From Rhizodiscina lignyota (lineage: Eukaryota), in NCBI GenBank assembly GCA_010015805.1, contig ML978123.1, positions 1,860,001 to 1,924,000 on the forward strand: a stretch of 64,000 bases of DNA, given 5' to 3'. Positions within the stretch are counted from its first letter, which is position 1; every line of letters starts with the position of its first letter. The notes beneath the pieces are model-generated. The model worked only from the letters and a program-made list of their open reading frames with translations. It ran no database searches and was not told the DNA's origin. The position numbers and the translations under genes are program-made. Positions 61,422 to 64,000 of the stretch are shown here, piece after piece.

Positions 61422-63071
61422 ATGGACCTTGCCAAAGGCAAGCTGAACGAGGCTTTGAGCTTCGGCTTCATGTCGTCGCCGTCACGTCCTCAGGCGTCGC
61501 CGGCGCCGTCGCTGCTTCCGGCCTTCGAGCCTTCATCTTCACCACTGCCACACTCTCACAAACGTAAGCTCGACTCAACTCAAGATGTCGAGCCTAAGTT
61601 TTATCCTACTCCAGTCCCGACCTCTTCAACAGGCGTTCTACCCTCCTCTCCCGTGGATCGTCCTCAACTTCAGCGAGCCGTGTCGAACATGTCGGAGCGA
61701 GTCCCACTGGGCGCAGTCCCAACAATCGAACTTCCTCCAAACGGAGAGCCTCTTCTCCTAGGACGCTCTGGCAACTCTTCGAATTATCAATTGTCCGTCA
61801 ATCGCGCCGTATCTCGCGTCCACATTCGCGCAACGTACCATGAACCTGACTCTTCACACGCGTCAGGCTCCGTGCTAATCGAGTGCCTCGGCTGGAATGG
61901 AGCAAAGGTGCACTGCAAGGGACATATTATCCTGCTGGCCAAAGATGAATCGTTCACGGCGGATGTACCTGCGGCGGAGATCATGATCGATGTGCAAGAT
62001 ACGCGTGTCATCGTCGCGTGGCCTGGACACGTGCGGTCGAGGAGTGCTTCTGCTCAGTCAGACAGCACATGGGATGACAATTCTTCTCCGAGACGTGTGA
62101 TTAGGCCTACTCAGAATCGCATCGTGTCGAGTCCACCTGCGATGGAAGCAAGATCGATATCGCCATCGCCGACTCCCGTGAATCGCTCCAACGCGTCCGC
62201 CCTAGAGACCTTCAATGCGGCTCTTGATAGCAATGAGGCTCCCAGAGACCAGCCAATCGCGATATACGAGGATTCATGTTCTGATCCAGAGGTTGCAGAG
62301 GCCGACCGTCACGGAGGCGTGGAGTCGAGCCATGATCATGTGAAGAGCTCGCCTTCCAGCAGTCACTCGAGTGACGATCTCTCCGAGCATGATGAGGAGA
62401 ATGATCCGATCGTGCATTCATTCGGTCCTTTCGGTGAGAACATTATTCCTCGGCTGGAGTCTTTCTCGACGTCTGCTTCTATTCCGCCCCAGCGTCGTCG
62501 TGAGCCACTACAGGCAACTGGCAACTCCCCGCAGAAGCCTACGAGCACCGAAACTGCTCCCCGTCTCTCTTCACCTGGCCTTGGAGTTGGCCCCACTAGA
62601 TATCCCCCGCCCAAGAGGAGTTTTGACGAGAGCCCTGTGCGCAACCACGTCATCAACCAGCTGGCCTTCTCTCGTGTTCACGCTATCCCGTTGTCGACCA
62701 TCTTAGGAACCCTGCCGGCAGAACTCAAAGGTGTCGACGCGTCTTCAGCCACCTTTCACCCCAAGTCGCCGGCCGCTACCACGCTCACCAGCTCCGTGCT
62801 GAAGAACATCCTTGACGGGATCCCATGCGTTGGCGAGATCACTCGAGAGGGGAAGGATGCTGCTGGAAAGCCGCTTGAGAACGAGTACTACTATGTGCCA
62901 GAGATGGATGCTGACAGCATGCGTCGCGAAACTGTGGAAGGTAGTCGAGGTGGTGGGCTTCGCTCTGTTCGAAAGAACCACAAGGTATGATCATTGTTTT
63001 GGCTGTGATCAAAACATAAGCAGTTGTTAACGTTGCCGCAGCAATACTTCTGGAAGCGTCCGCGCCACTAG
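61422..63071 (+). CDS. TOS4: FHA-domain transcription regulator Tos4/Plm2
   Basis: YPTPVPTSSTG, LLGRSGNSS...VSRVH FHA domain, NHVINQLAFSR, GKDAAGKPLENEYYY, RKNHK|QYFWKRP; probable 5'-UTR intron from 61284; start may be 61422 or 61469. Confidence 0.88.
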
Positions 63072-63711
63072 GCTGTGTTTGACTTGCTGTCACTCGCAGA
63101 ACTCGGACTGCTAACACTCGACTCGGCATACCTCGAACGGATAACACGTCTCCAACTCTGGAGCCATGGACTACTCTCACAACCCGGTTTTCTTCTTTAC
63201 CTTTACTGTACTTGTTCACTTTCTTAACACACGACGACCACCAAACATGGTGTACCTCCAGGCATGGAGTCAGGTACGGATTTGGATACGTGTATCCGCC
63301 CCTCATCTCCCTCCACCCCGTTTGATGTTATTGGTGCGCATGGCATTGGACACGGCTCCTTCACGACGATCTTGGATTTCTCAGCGTCTCTTGTTTTCCC
63401 CGCATCTGCAATTGCATAGCGCAAGGTGTCTTTGAAAAGCATTTCCCAGCACTTCTCCTGTACCCCATTATACCCTTTCCCAATCTTGGTTTACACCCTT
63501 GGTCTTTGCTGTTGTTCATCCCCTTTGGCATTTGCAAGGCGTCAGGTGCACGTACTCACTGCGGTCTTTTGTCCTTCACATCGGTTTTTAAGACGGATCT
63601 TACTTCTTCTTGGACAGGGATTTTTCGCTTTGCGACTTGTTTGAATAGAGATGCTGCGCTTAGCGCTGTCATCTCTGTTACAAAGTTCGCATACGCCCGA
63701 TTCTGTCACCA

Positions 63712-63738
63712 TAGGATATGATAGGATAGGATAGGATA
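63712..63738. repeat. (ATAGG)n pentanucleotide microsatellite
   Basis: ataggatatgataggataggataggat. Confidence 0.7.
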
Positions 63739-63802
63739 CGTACTGGCAGCAACGTGCGCCGAATTCGGAATAGCAAATGTTCCAACTCTCTACTACTGGT
63801 TT

Positions 63803-64000
63803 TCACTCGTCAGTTTGCAGGTGTTTGATGGTGCGGATGATGTGGATGGCGATCGGAGAACTCTGGCGGACTTCAATGTTCCGCGATATGTGACAGACGA
63901 CGTGAATCACTGCATCGGAAATAGTAGAGTAAAACTTGCTAGACAATGTCCATAGACAAATGTCATTTGCTGTGAAAATGTCTAGGTCCACGATTGCAAA
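63803..64000 (-). CDS. Possible 3' end of a gene entering from beyond the window
   Basis: Frame is open from the window edge to TGA 63803; no recognisable motif. Confidence 0.25.
   Translation of the reverse strand, partial: FAIVDLDIFTANDICLWTLSSKFYSTISDAVIHVVCHISRNIEVRQSSPIAIHIIRTIKHLQTDE

Overview
Gene-dense genomic DNA from a filamentous ascomycete (Pezizomycotina; Dothideomycete-like is my impression, not proven), with short GT-AG introns and CTRAC branch points. About 22 protein genes are recognisable: ARC15, RPS12, TeaR, a P450, SEN15, a DUF2985-type protein, alternative oxidase, alcohol oxidase, EMP70/TM9, NCS-1, NAPE-PLD, SUB1, an MFS transporter, MED4, UBP14, POL5, a MEP ammonium transporter, an amino-acid permease and TOS4, plus hypotheticals. 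The two most unusual items are invisible in the ORF track. (1) A complete U1 snRNA gene (33817-~34024, +) whose 5'-splice-site-recognition arm AUACUU|ACCU is split by a 60-nt spliceosomal intron, so U1 would have to be spliced before it can work. (2) An unannotated minus-strand microprotein gene (4524-4048) with a candidate [D1,2] stwintron (intron inside a splice donor) that would give three C-terminal isoforms. No mobile element, tRNA, rRNA or CRISPR array was recognised. All calls are by eye, with no database searches.
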